DNA of 64,000 nucleotides, from NCBI RefSeq assembly GCF_018350175.1, contig NC_058369.1, positions 27,034,001 to 27,098,000 of the forward strand, read 5' to 3'. Shown here one piece after another: positions 11,740 to 24,730 of this stretch. The stretch is from Felis catus. Its lineage: Eukaryota. Position 1 is the first letter of the stretch. Each line of letters opens with the position of its first letter. The position numbers were made by a program, and so were the translations under genes. The notes beneath the pieces were generated by a model. That model ran no database searches. It had not been told where the DNA came from and worked only from the letters and a program-made list of their open reading frames with translations.

Positions 11740-11915
11740 GCACCTTGCACACACCATCTCCCTTTTCATCTTAATGATCCTACGATGCAGGTGAGGTTTA
11801 CTCTCCCAATTTTATAGTTGAGGAAACCGAGGCTCAGAGAGATTAAGGAACTTGCTCAACATCAAGTAGGTATTAGTGCAGCTGGCTCCATGCTCCATCT
11901 TCTTGACTGTCATGC
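11740..11915 (-). mobile_element. MIR
   Basis: cccaattttatagttgaggaaaccgaggctcagagagattaaggaacttgctcaa core. Confidence 0.85.
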
Positions 11916-12832
11916 AAAAGTGTCCTGCCCTAGCTTGACCTTGGACCAGCACCACATAAAAGGAGGGCGGCTTAACAAACACCATTCAACAGGTCAGTGG
12001 CAGATGAATAAAAAGGAAAAGGACTCTGGGGTTCAGACTACCAGTGCATTTCCCATGGACTACTGTGGAGATGTGTCCTGCAGGATGAACTTTGACCCTG
12101 AGCCACACCTGTATGCCATCTTGCATCAGCCCTTACTTCTATGTAAGAGCACCTTCGTCCAGGCCCCAGGGCTCACTAGGGCTATCTTTGGAAATAAAAC
12201 CTGCAGAGTAATGTCCGTGAGTGGGTTAACTTAAAGAACAGTGAGCTCCATGCCCCTGGAAATATCCATGCAGAGTGACCATGCCTGAGTCACGGGAATG
12301 TTTGGCAGGAAGAACATGTGGGTGGGGAGGGAGAACTCTATGATCTCTTTTACAAATGATTTGAAAGATCTAAGAGCCTTTGATCTCATCCCCCCCCCCC
12401 CCCCCTTTGTTTCCCTTACAAAAAAGCTACAGAGAAAATGGGGCTAAGTGTCATGCCATGGAAAGAGAAGTGGACAATGATCTGGAGGTGGGCTGGTCCT
12501 ACTGAGCTACTGGTGGCTCCTTAGGTGACTGAGGGGAGAAGGTGGCCGCAACTTAGCCAGCCTTTTCTTATTTGCAACTAGGGATAAACTGTCTTTCTTA
12601 TCTGACAAGATATCTTTGGAGAACATCAGATTATAGGTGTGAATGTGTTTTGAAAAAATTGTGGAAAAGGCAACATGGCATATTCCGAGTCTTTTTTTTT
12701 TTTTTTAGAGAGGGCGATTTTAAAAAGCCATTCTTACAACATGACTTGAAGGTCATTTGAAATCAAAATGGCATAGAGGTCCCTAACTTTCACATTCAGT
12801 TGGAACTCCCTCCTCTTCTTTCTTTAAATGCC

Positions 12833-13288
12833 TGTAGCAGGCTGATTAATGCCCTCTGCCAAGAGGTCCACATCTTTACTCCTTGGAACATGACTTATGT
12901 GGCAAAACAGATTTTACAGATGCGATTAAGTTAATAATCTTGGCATGGGGCAATTCTCCTGGATTACCTGTAACCACCAGGCTTGTCATAAGAGGGAGAC
13001 AAGAAGGTCAAAGGCAGGAGGAGGAGATGGGACAAATGGAGCAGAGGTTGGAGTGATGTACTTTGAAGATGGAGGAAAAGGCCATGAGCCAGGGAATGCA
13101 GGTGGCTGGTAGAGGCTGGAAAAGACAAGGAAGCAGATTCTCCCCATGAAGTCTCCAGAAGGAGCACAATCTTGCCAACACTTTGATTTAGGCTTCTGAC
13201 CTCCAGATCTGTAAGAAAATAAATTTGTGTTGTTTTAAGCCACTAAATTTGTGGCAGTTTGTTACAGCAGCCTTAGGAAACCAATATG
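12833..13288 (+). mobile_element. MLT1D-like MaLR solo LTR
   Basis: tgtagcaggctgattaatgcc...ggaagcagattctccccatgaagtctccagaaggagcac...aataaatttgtgttgttttaagccactaaatttgtggcagtttgttacagcagc. Confidence 0.9.
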
Positions 13289-13289
13289 A

Positions 13290-13486
13290 TTTCCTGCCTC
13301 TCTTTCTTTCCTTCCTCCTTCCCTCCTCCTACCCCTCCCTCTTCTTCCCCTCCCCCTGTTGGCTTCTCCCTTCTCCCTTTTCTCTCTCCCTCTGTCCCTT
13401 CTCCCCCTCTGTCTGGCTCTCATCCCTTTCCTCCCATCCTTTTCTCCCTACCCTTCCCATCTTCTCCCCTTTTACTCCCCCCTTTT
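13290..13486. repeat. Low-complexity polypyrimidine (C/T) tract
   Basis: About 200 bp that is almost entirely C/T. Confidence 0.85.
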
Positions 13487-15289
13487 GGGAGTAAACAAAC
13501 CAAGTAGTAGTTAGAAAAAGACCTGATGATTTAATAGTGATTTCTTTCTTTTCTTTCTTTTTTTTCTTTTTTTTTTTTTTTTTTGGTTTATGGGATTTTT
13601 AAGTTTTCTGCTGATTATTATGAGCTCTTGGTGAAGAGATTAATTCAGTTACCATGATTTGTTTCCTTGTCTTGACTTCATAAAATCACAGGAATACAAT
13701 AATATAGTTATACATCCCCTGGGCTTGAAAATGCCCAGTAATTACAAGTGATTCACGAGAACAGCTTAACTTGTAAGGGATTGTATGGTGCTCCGTAGTA
13801 AGCAGTCATTTATTAGGTTTTAAAAATGCCTTTAGAAAGGATATAATGGGTTCATCAATTAAAAGTATGTTTGGAAAAAACTCTGGGGCTGTCAGTAGTA
13901 ATTCTTCTTCCCCTCAACTCTCCTTTCCGAAGCTGCCAACTCGTGTGTGGCTCCGCCATGTGTGCCCTCCTTTCCTCGTGCTCCCTGGTGATGGCGGTTC
14001 CACCTGAGGAGAGCCGTGGGGGCCTTGCTCAGATGGCCAGGCCTTTCAGAGCCGAGACCGTGGTTCTCCTTCTCAGCCTGGCCATCCATCATTTCATTAG
14101 AGCGAGGTTGCCAAATTGACACGTCCTGGCGAAAGCCCCTGATACCGCAGTGGAGATGTACAGCGTCTCCTCAGGCAGCCGGGTCGCTGTCCTCGTTACT
14201 AATGCTCAGCCCTGTCGCTAACAGATGGCTGAGAGTGATCTTCCAGGGGAATTCAGCACCCTTGTAGCAACTGGCACTTCCTCCAAACACACAACTTGTA
14301 AAAGTTCTTCTCTTCCCCTGCCCTAGAATAGGCCTCTGCCTTCTTAACTCGAGTGGGAGAGGTTGCTTTCCCTTCCGCTTTTTGCAGAACGAAGTGTGCA
14401 AAGCCTGTGCCCCAAGTTTCCTTTCTTGGGAACATGCCATGGCTTTCCCTTCCCCAGACAAGGCTTACGGGCGAAGTCTTTGCTCCTTCCTTCCTGGGAC
14501 AGACTGAGGCTACATCACAGCTGCCCCATCGTTTCCTCTTTGCTTCTCGCCACCTCTTTGTTGCTTCTTCCTGTTCCTTTTCCTTGCTAGTACTTTCCTG
14601 GGAGGCAGCCCGCCTCTCCCCACAGCTAATCTTCCTGTCGGTGATCTGCCTCCTGTGGTTTCCTGGGGGACCTTGCTACCTGCCTACTTCCTGGCCACAT
14701 AGGCTCTTTCCGGTCTTTTCACTGCTTGCCTGCCACCCTCCCCACGGACTTCTCTGTCTCCCCTCTCACACAGATCCAACTCTTCCATCTGGAAGCACTT
14801 CACATAATGCTGCAACTGGCAAATGTTGGTTGATTTCTGTCTCTCCATTCATACCAAATATTTTTGTTTCCCTACATTTCCTCTTACACCTTGCACCTTA
14901 CATCTAGCACCCATCCCCAATATTCCACTGAAAACTGTAGTCTGTCTCTGTTACCTCCCACTCAAATTCTCTGCTCTTTCCTGAGATATTCTTGGTTCAT
15001 GCTATATTGGACACTGCTGATTACCACCTGCCCAGCATACACACAATTTAAAACTTGATTTTTCACCTAGTTTCTGGGCTTTCTGTCTCCAAAATCCTCC
15101 ATATTCTCTCATTTCTGTTGATTTTTTCCTTCTAAATTGTTATAATTTATCTTGTATTGTCAATGACCACAACAATTGATTCTACATTTTCTATGCCCGT
15201 CTATCTCTCACCAGGCCCCAGTACACACACTCAATGTTAGGGATTCTGGTTCCTGCATACATGATATTTATTTTTACCTTTCTAACTTT

Positions 15290-15810
15290 GTTCATATGTT
15301 TATCCATTCAGAAATATTTACTGAGAACTGATTTTTGTGCCGGACAGTGTTCTAGTGGGGATATAATGGCAAATAAAGTAGACGGATTACTTTCTTCATG
15401 GAGTCTGGAGTCTGATGTGGGAAACCAATGTTAAACAAATAAGCACACAAATAAGAGTTAAATTTGCAAATGTGGGAAGGGCTTTAGAGGAGAGGAATGT
15501 GGCATCCTGAGAGAATAACACGGGCAGGAAGGAAGGTAGAGAGAGGAATCTCTCTAATTAGGGAGGTCATAGGAAGTTGAAGTCTGAAGTTAACTAGATG
15601 CAGGGGGTGAGTGAAGAGTTTTATGAGCTAGCAGAAACAGCATGTGTGAAGGCCCTGTGGTATAAGAGATTGAGGGACTTGGTGTAAGAAAAGGCTAGAG
15701 GTGAGCAGAGACCAGATTATGCAGGGTTTGCAGACCATAATGAGAGGTTTTAAGGAAAGTGGAGGAGGAAGACATGGTCAGACTTGGGTTTTGAAAAGAC
15801 TCTGTTCATT
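15290..15810 (-). mobile_element. L2
   Basis: ttcatatgtttatccattcagaaatatttactgag...tcatggagtctggagtctga...cagcatgtgtgaaggccctgtgg. Confidence 0.8.
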
Positions 15811-17052
15811 TAGTCCACTGTAGCAGTGTCAATTCCTTTTCATTGGGCACACATTTTTGAGATATACCAGAAAAGAGAGCTGGCGGACTAGTTATTGTGA
15901 ACTTTAAGTCTGTGGAGAGTTTTCAATGAAGATGCATAAGGCCCCAGGGAACCGGTCTAACAGATGTTGTCAGCAAGGCAGAAGGGGTGAGAAGTGCTTT
16001 GGTTTAGCCAAATTCCTCTGGGGACCTCTCTCAGACTCAGCTTCTGTGGCTGAGTTACATTGCCCTGATCTGATATTCAAGAATAACAGCTGGGGCTGAA
16101 AGAAGGCGGTGGTGGTAGCTGTGTGCAGGTTGCTGTGGGTAATTGGAGGTAAAAAAAGGAAAAGTGGCTCACCTAATTGCATTCTAAATTACAGCCATTG
16201 TTCAATCCCTTCCTTAAAAGTACTTGGTGCATTCAAGAAGAAAAGTCCTTTCTGGAGTAGGGAAACAATGGGGGGGGGGGGGTGTGCAGGGAGGGGCTGG
16301 ATGAACATATATTCACATCCCCTTACTCAAGGTGTTATGTTTGTAAGCACAATTTTGAGTGGCTTGCTCAATTATTTTCACCCTGTGCATGCTAACGGTA
16401 ATAAACTTAGAAAACTGAAACACATGAGTCTACAGTAATTGTTTTTTAGATAGTGTAATAAGTCATGATAATTGCTTGCAAAGCATTTTCCCCCTCCTTG
16501 TCTACAGGGGTAAATACATTAAAGCCACGTTCCTGTATACTCTTTTACAATCTATTAGCATAATAACGCATTGTAAAAAAGCCCTGCTGCTGTGGGAAAG
16601 TGTGTGATATTGGTCCATTAGACACCTTTGTCTTATATACAGGAAGCTAATGGCACTCTTTATGGGCATGATGTTAGCTTGGTATATGCTTGTTACCAAC
16701 TAATAGATCCAGAGCGTGAGGTGCTGGTTGATAAAAGTTATCCAACACTAACAATCCACCATGATTCTAGCTTCTTGCTTGAAAATTGCCTTTAGTCCCA
16801 TGTGAATGGGGAAGTCATCTTGATAAATTTAGCTGCAAGTCAAGTTATAACCAATGTTCACAGAATGTAATCAAATTAGATCTTAAAGCCTTTAATTTCA
16901 TTATTAGCATGTATTATTTCTCAAACCTTGTAATTAAATAGCATATTAGGAATAGATAATTTTTTCCCTTTTATACATTTATTAGGTATCTGGGGTTAAA
17001 TTTGGAGCTTTGCTATAATATGCATCTGTGTATCCTTAAGTGAGGATGGCTT

Positions 17053-17128
17053 CTTTTTTATCAAAGTATAATTGAAAATATAATATATTAGCTTCAGGTG
17101 TACAACATAGTGATCGAACATTTATTAC
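17053..17128 (-). mobile_element. Extremely 5'-truncated L1 3' end (~76 bp)
   Basis: tttttatcaaagtataattga...atattagcttcaggtgtacaacatagtgat is an L1 3' terminus. Perfect TSD AGGATGGCTT (17043-17052, 17129-17138). Confidence 0.85.
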
Positions 17129-19490
17129 AGGATGGCTTTAATGATACCTGAGGCATTAGAAAAGTAACTGGTTAACTAAACTAAGGGAATTTGTGGCAAA
17201 TAAGATATCATTATGTTTACCCAAGCACTGTTATAATCTGAGAGCTGTATTATTATCCAAATTATACAGAGGGAAATTAGACACTCATTATTTACTTTTC
17301 TTGGACATTTTGTGAGTTTGTACAAAAATTTTCACTGTACACACGAGATTAATTCTTCCTGAGGTTTACATCTGGTTTACCATAAGTCAAGAACTTCTGA
17401 AGAAATGTTCTTTTCTTATTCTCAGTTAGCAGTAAGAAATCCCCGACTTTGCAGTTATGAAACAGTGAATGTTGTGCAAAGCGGAAGGCACGTGGGGTGC
17501 ACACAGAGGCAGAGCAGCGATTCAATGACTGCCAAGGGCATGGGTGGCCCCTTGTGTAGCCAAGTGGACTGGCCTGCATCTCTGAGCAAGGTCTGGTCTG
17601 GAGGCTTCCTCTCCACCCAGTTGCCTCTCTTCCAATCTCAAACAGGGCCTGTTGCCAGGATTGGCCAAATTCCCAAGAAGCAGGTAGCTCAGCGGCTCTC
17701 AGCCATGGCCCCATATCAGAATCACCCGGGAATATTTGCAGATGCCTAACCCCCACCTCCCCTTCCCCCATTCCAATCCAACGTGTGACTGGAGTTGTAC
17801 TCACTGTAGTTGTTCCAAAGGGTGGATAATGGGAGTGGTAGGGGCCTGATGGCCCACTCTTGGCTGGCTGCAGAGCCAGGTGGCATGCTTCCAGTGAGCC
17901 TGGATCTACCCTGCCCTGGAAGTCACTGGTGCCTGATCACTCCTGACACAATTATAGCAGATACATCATCCCTGGCTTAAGATATTCCTCTCTAGGTATC
18001 ATAGGTAGAGAATTTGCTCATCACTTTGCAAATATTTACTAAAAACTTACTTGCCAGTTGCCAGGCACTCTTGTAGAGTCTAGGGATATAATAGTGAAGA
18101 AAACAGGCATTTTTTTCCTGAAACTAGAAGGGGGGGAATAAAAAAGAGAAATAAAGGAAAATGCATACCAAATAGGAGGTTGCTTCCTAGGAAGGAAAGA
18201 CACCTGAAGCTAAGATAGAGAATGGCAACTTCATGTCTTGCAAAGATTCACTCACAGAAGTGGAGCCTTGGTTGTCAGAAGAGGCTCTGGCAGGAGCCAA
18301 GCCAGTCCAAAAACTCATTCTGGACTGCCTGGGGTGGATCTTGCCTTTTCATTCACTGTAGTTACATTTTTTTCCTGTCTGTGACATGAGGACATTGATA
18401 TAATTTGCTTCCCTTGGAACTGACTCTTTGCCACACCCACTTGAGTCTCCCTTAGATATTGGTGGTCTTTAGTGGTTGGGGGTCACCCGTGTCTTCATCT
18501 GCTCAGGGGCAGGCTGGTTTTTAATCTCATCTACAGAGAGCAGCCCCTGAAAAAGACTCTTAGATTACAAAATGTCTCCTCCTTCTTGTCATTTCTGTCT
18601 CCAGACCCCTTCATAGCCGAAGCCCCAAGAATCAGCTTCATTTTTCAAGGATCCTCTAGGGCACAGTCTGTACATGGAAGTAGAATAATGATGTTCTCAA
18701 GGACTTCCTTCCCACTCCTGCAGGGGAAGCCCTTGGTGCCAAATTATTGACACTGCCTCATTCTCTGCCACATTGAATAAATACATTTAAAATGGGATTA
18801 GTTTGTGAGTCCTTGGCTTGATTTATAATACATTTTATATTCAGATGTGCTGCTACTGTTTATCTCCACAAAATAAATATTAAAATTGTGTTTGAATCTC
18901 ACATTAAATTTATATTCTTGCTATTACAATTTTATTTCTGTCAAGTGATAATCACTTTTCAGACATAAGGCAGAAGTAAAAGCACATATGCAAATAAAAG
19001 TAGTTATTATTTCTCCTTAAGATGTCTCCTTAAGGTCTTACTCTGGGCTTACTCCTTTCTCACATACAATCTATATAATGAATATTGGGATGAATATGAA
19101 CTCCTTGGTTCTCACAGTGAATCTAGGCAATTTGTTTCTGTTAATGAGGTTGTTTTTTTTCCATTTCTTGAGATCCAGACAAAAGGGAACAGTGAGTCCT
19201 TTGTCATCCACTGTTGTTGGGTGTCCAGTTGGTGCCAGAGACCCACAATTGGTAATAACATGCTTTGGATTGTATTTTCAGTAGTGGGGATGGGAACTGC
19301 TAACATCCACACATTTTTTTTTTTTAACTAGTTGCCCTTACAGCTAGTGGCCAGGGACCACATGTATGGGATGAGTGAAGTTGGAGAACAGCTTCAGTCA
19401 TGGAACAACTCTGCATCAAAACTATGATCTGATCTGGTCATCACACTATTTGAAACCATACTACAGCATCGCAATTCAGCCTATTGGATC

Positions 19491-19524
<34 letters not shown>

Positions 19525-19849
19525 TAATTGGGATGATTAAACCTAATTAGTTTTGAAATCTTGGTTATAGAACTGGTGTGAGGAGAGGAATTGTAAATTA
19601 CAAATTCAAGCAGTCTTCTGTCTCTAAAAGTGGACACTATTTAACTTTCGGAGAATTTAGGGATACAGCTTTGAAAATTGTGGTATTGTAACCCAAAAAC
19701 CTCACTCTCCCTAAGGACTGACTTTCGAGGGTTTTTGTTGTTGTTATTTAATTTTAAAGTAAGCTGTTTAATCGGAATTATACCAAAAGAAGTAATACCT
19801 GTGCCTTTTGTAAGCTATTTGATAATCTCTCATGGATAATATTATTAAG

Positions 19850-20100
19850 AATGTGAATTATCACAACTACCATATAGTGAATGCACAGGCACTGTGATGA
19901 GCACTTCACATATATGACTTCATACCATCCTACAGAAAACCTATGAGGTCGGTATTATTATTGTACCCATTTTACAAATGAGAACACTGAGCCACAGGGA
20001 AATTAAATAATGTCTTCAGAGTCATCTCATTGACTCAGTAGTGCAACTGAGAGATTCCAAAATGCATTTGTCTCATTCCCAAGTTAGCGTTCTTGCTCAG
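19850..20100 (-). mobile_element. MIR
   Basis: ctatgaggtcggtattattattgtacccattttacaaatgagaacactgagccacagg. Confidence 0.85.
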
Positions 20101-20399
20101 TATCCTTTATGCCCTATGGAGAAGATTTTTGAAAATATGGAAGATAAAGTTGATATGCGTTTTTAGCTGTTTGATCAAGTGTGTATGAAGAACACTGAGG
20201 TAACAAGGAGTCTTAGGTTTCAGTTTTGGCTTAATCACTTATTATTTTTGTGTCCTTAAACAAGCACTTTTACAATTTGGGGTCTTAATTTCTTCATCTG
20301 AAAAACAGGACTAATGATACTTAACTCAAATCAGAAGTCAGGAGAGCATTTTGTAATTTAAGAACACTCTGTGGATGCCTCAAATTGTCTCCTTGGTTC

Positions 20400-21585
20400 T
20401 ATCTTACTCAATATTTTCATTATCTTGAAGATAAGTAGGCCATGATTATCAAATTTGTGGATAACATAAGCCTAAGAAGGATATCTAATTTGTTGAATGA
20501 GGCAATCAGGACACAAAAAGGTACTGTAGACTGAACAAATGATCAAGACATTCATGACGAAATTGAACCACTTTAAAAAGTCACATAAAGGACAATGGTA
20601 TTTAGTTGATTCCAAACTAATGACTGACATTGATTGAGCAATTACCATGTGTCAAGTGCTATTTTCAGCTCTTTACACATATTATTATACAATTCTTACA
20701 ACTGCTTGGAGTAGGCACTGTGCATATTCTCCCTTTACAGGTAAGGAAACTGAGTCATGAAGAGATTATTTGCCTAAAGCCATTAAGCTAGTAAAGGGAG
20801 GAGACAGCATGTTGAGCCCAGGAGATCTGGACTCTTTAATTCTACACCAAAGTGTGTTGTTGAGAGGGCTCACACAGGTTTTCGGCCATGTTAATAGAAA
20901 TATTGCATCTAGGTGAGAATTAGTAAGAGTGAGAATTAGGCAATATACTCTTGGATGTTCTACAAATTTTATATGATTATATTCATACATTGAGGGTCCT
21001 TGGCAAACCAGAGAGCATGGAGAGAAGAGCTGTGAGGATGATATCATCTAAAGGAATGCTTGGGGGAGTGTGGAAATGTCATCCTTGGAGACAAGGACCT
21101 ATGACAGAACAGCCATCTTTAGGTATTTGCTATAGGGAAGCTAGAATTGAACTCTTTTGTGAGTTTCAAGGAGCAGACCTGAGCATATGGAGAGATATTA
21201 GGGTAATTTCTGTTCAGTGTAAGTAAGACTTGGCTGAACATGAAATCTGCCTGCTAGTAGAATGAGCCTCTGCTAAAAGTCGGCACTCAATCATAAAAAG
21301 TATTCGGGCTGAGAACACTCAGGTGGCTTCCCACCAGAGAGCTGAGCTGTTAGTAGATTTCTGTATCAGTGGGAGTATCCAGAGTTTTATAGTATCCATA
21401 TAATTTATATAATTTATAAATATATAAATCCATATAATTTATAAATATACTATATATAAATATATATATACTATATATTTATATATATTTTATATATATA
21501 TAATTTATAAATATATAAATCCATATAATTTATAAATTATAGTATCCATATAATTTCTAATAGCTTTTCCAACCTCAAAATTCTA
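20400..21585 (+). mobile_element. L3/CR1 LINE remnant, interrupted by a MIR (~20615-20850) and an AT expansion
   Basis: atcaaatttgtggataacataagccta encodes a decayed IKFADDTKL RT motif. Also ggagagaagagctgtgaggatg and a 3' end ttccaacctcaaaattcta. Confidence 0.65.
21388..21556. repeat. AT-rich low-complexity expansion with direct-repeat structure
   Basis: Flanked by tatagtatccatataattt twice; internal tataatttataaatatataaatccatataatttataaat twice. Confidence 0.85.
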
Positions 21586-21644
21586 CCACTTCATTCACTA
21601 ACTATACAGGCCTCATGCTTCATCCTTAAACATAGATATTTTTC

Positions 21645-22150
21645 TGTGGTAACCCCAAAAGGTTCATGATTAACTGGGCTTGAGCTTTATACATTTCATT
21701 GATGAAACAGCCGCAGTTGATTAGGGCAAGGGTAAACACTTGGACCAATCTGGCTCAGTCAGGTTCTCTTGGAATTTGGGATCAGTTGTCTCTCTGGAGC
21801 TGGGTCATACTGAAGCCATGGAGTTGCAACAACCATTTCCATGCTGTAAGTGGGGAAATTGAAAATACTGATTGGCAAGGAAACAGATAAATAAAGCAGA
21901 TGCAGAGTAAGGATCTCATGTAAGATGAGAAATCACATGATCCAAGGAGAGAAAGAGAAACTGAGAGATGATGAGGCTCATTACTTTGGTTCCCACTGGC
22001 TTATAGATTCTGGACTTTAGTTCCCCAAGCCTGGCTGGCTTGCTGCTTCTGGGTTCAAGGACACACACTGGATACTCCCGATTAGTTACCATTATTGTGC
22101 TCAAAGCATTCTGAATAGGTTTCTATAATTTGCCACCCAAAGTATTTAAC
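21645..22150 (+). mobile_element. Old MLT1 (J/K/L-like) LTR
   Basis: ggaccaatctggctcagtcagg...ggtttctataatttgccacccaaagtatttaact terminus. Confidence 0.55.
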
Positions 22151-24489
22151 TTTAGACCATTCTTTTTAACTAGGGTAACTCTTCTTTCTTTGTATCAAAA
22201 ACTTACTTTCACTGTCTTCGATTGACCACTTAACAGTGGCAAGTCATTACAGGTACACATTTTCCCCAAAGATATAATGGTTATAATTAAGTGATTCAAC
22301 AGTACTTTAATGCAGAAGGGCCTGGGCTATCCAAATGTCAGACTAAATTATAAAGTGAGCAGAACTAAAATGCCACAGGATGTAACCATCCATAATTTAT
22401 GAGTAGTAGGATCAGATCAGTTCATAAAATGAGCTAGAATAATTTTTTCATGGTTTCATATGTTTTTATTAAAAGATATATCTCACTAGCAGTGAAATAC
22501 TGAAGATTAATAACAATTCAGAAGAGTGAAGCATTCTTACCATATCCCTGGGACCTCATGTTTTTGATTGTGTACCAGGGGAAATGTCATTAGTTGAGGC
22601 ACTGCTCTATCAGCCTTTGGGAATATGAACCATGAATATTTTAGGTGAGACATTGGTTCTCAGGAGGATCCCATGCTGCTGTTTTTGCTATGGTAGAAAT
22701 CTCATGTGTTTTCCAGGACAGACACCCTCTGAGATGTGAACAGTAAGAGGAATCCTTATAGGCTTCTAGAGCAGAGCCCTGCCTGCCAAGAATAAATCCA
22801 AACTGGAGATTGTTTGCCATGGGTCTATGTGACAGAAACATTTGCAATCGTGTCACTGAAAATGTTTGTTTTGCTGGGTCTACATGGCAAATAGGATACA
22901 GATCAGTGAGCAAAGAAATGGCTTGCTGAGTAGGCTGGACATCGTTGATGAAATGTTTGCTGGAAGCATGTACCATGAGTCTTACTTCTGTACCCCATCT
23001 AGGGGTTGCCACGCTGGCTGACAGCATTTCCAGCCTCAGCATTTATGAGAAATGAGCTGGAGTATTTGTCATCATTAAGGCTCTAGATTGTTTTCTAGGA
23101 GTGTTAAACCTTCTGACCGTATTGTAACTCACGGAGTTTGACCCACATCTCTCTTGAAGTTTGGAGAGGACGGCTATCCTTTACTTTTATGGAATAGATG
23201 TGTTCCAAGGAGCTACCAGTAAAGTACATTGTATAAAGTAAATCCTGTTTCCCCATTGATTTACTTTATAAAACTAGAGATGTGTACGTACCATGGAAAG
23301 AAATCCACTACATGTTTGGTAAGGAGGCAGCTTAGGTGGCCTCTACTACAGTCTGATGGTGAAGCCCCCCAAATGCTGTCATTCATGACTGCCTGCAGAA
23401 GACAGTAGTTCACCATTAGTACCCTAATTTTCTCCTATGAAATTTCCCTGCACCAAGGTTTCCTCATAACCACTGGACATCTGCTGTGTATTTCATATCC
23501 TGTAGGATTTCCATGCAAGCTGGGAATCTCCTTACACTATACTCATGATTTTAATCTCTTTTTTCTCTTTAAAAAATTTTGTTAAAATATCATTTAGCCA
23601 AGCTGGACCATAACATCATACACCAGTTCAAATCTCCAAAGATGTCATTGTTGTGATACCAGGATGCAAATTGGAAACCCCAGGGTGGGTCTAGGCCTAG
23701 AAGATACTATACCATCATTTTAAAGTCAAGGAGCAACACAGGAGAATAGTACCTGAGAGATATAGTTACAGTCGACTGAATAAATTCCCAGATTAGAACT
23801 GTACATATGCATAAGATGTGATGAATGAACTGAGGGAAAATGAGTTAGAATTCACTAAAATAACAGCGCCCTTTGCAAAACTACATAAAACATGTTTACT
23901 TTTCAGTACATTGTTTTGAGTCTCAGTAAATATGAGTTATTAATTGCCCTGTGATTAGTGAAATCTATCTTTTCTTCATGGTTGATTGGGGAAGGAGAGG
24001 GAGCCTGCTGAAGTCAGTGCCTGAAGCCTCTGTTTGGTTAGTAGCAGCCAGCACAACATTCCTTTGCCTACGAGGGAAAGGGAATATTTTGAGAAATGAG
24101 GAAAAATAACTTCTGATGTTAACTAGATTCCTCAGAGGTCTAATACCTAGATTTGGTTTGTTTTTCTGAATTTTAATAAGTGGTATTGGGGTTTGTTCAA
24201 TTTCCCTATTTTCAAGTTTATTATATGCATCCAGAGAGAATGATAAATTTCTATAGCTACCAGGGCTTAGCATTCCACAAACTTGGTTAAACTCATTACA
24301 GTGCACCTAGCTATTCCGCACATGTAGCTCCAGTGTGGGTCATGTCATGTCCTCTATCCCTATAATGAGTGTAGCACATCCCTCTCATTATGGTGAAGAA
24401 AAGCCTCCACTGCTGTTGTTTTCTGTCCTACTAACAGCCCTGGGACCGAAGTCCATGGCACTAAAGTGGGCTTACTTCTTTGACAACCA

Positions 24490-24730
24490 CCATGGCATAT
24501 AGATTTATTCAGTACTTGCCATGTGCCAGACACTGTGCCAAAGGCTTTGCTTGCATTCTCCCAGTCACTTCTCTGTCCAACCTATTGCCATGCCACAAAT
24601 TGGCAAACCAAAGCTCAATAGGTGAATTCACTTACTCAAGCCCACACAGCTAGTGGTAAGTGGCTGAGCAGGAATCTGAAACCAGATCAGTTCCTGCCAG
24701 GGTGCAGACTGGTAATCACTTTTCTCCACC
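24490..24730 (-). mobile_element. MIR
   Basis: ttattcagtacttgccatgtgccagacactgtgcca...aagcccacacagctagtggtaagtggctgagcaggaatctgaaaccag. Confidence 0.8.

Noticed and set aside
14252..14272. REST/NRSF RE1 site (TTCAGCACC)
   Set aside because: Only the left half matches; the GGACAG right half is absent.
14353..14907. Longest ORF in the track (184 aa, + strand)
   Set aside because: No real ATG start at that position, L/S/P/F-rich composition reflecting pyrimidine-rich DNA, runs into L2-like sequence, no recognisable domain.
20728..20746. Second AG|GTAAG recursive-type motif (also 61745-61759, 45421-45430)
   Set aside because: The first two derive from MIR and MLT1J sequence and the third lacks a Py tract; all are weaker than the 57557 site.
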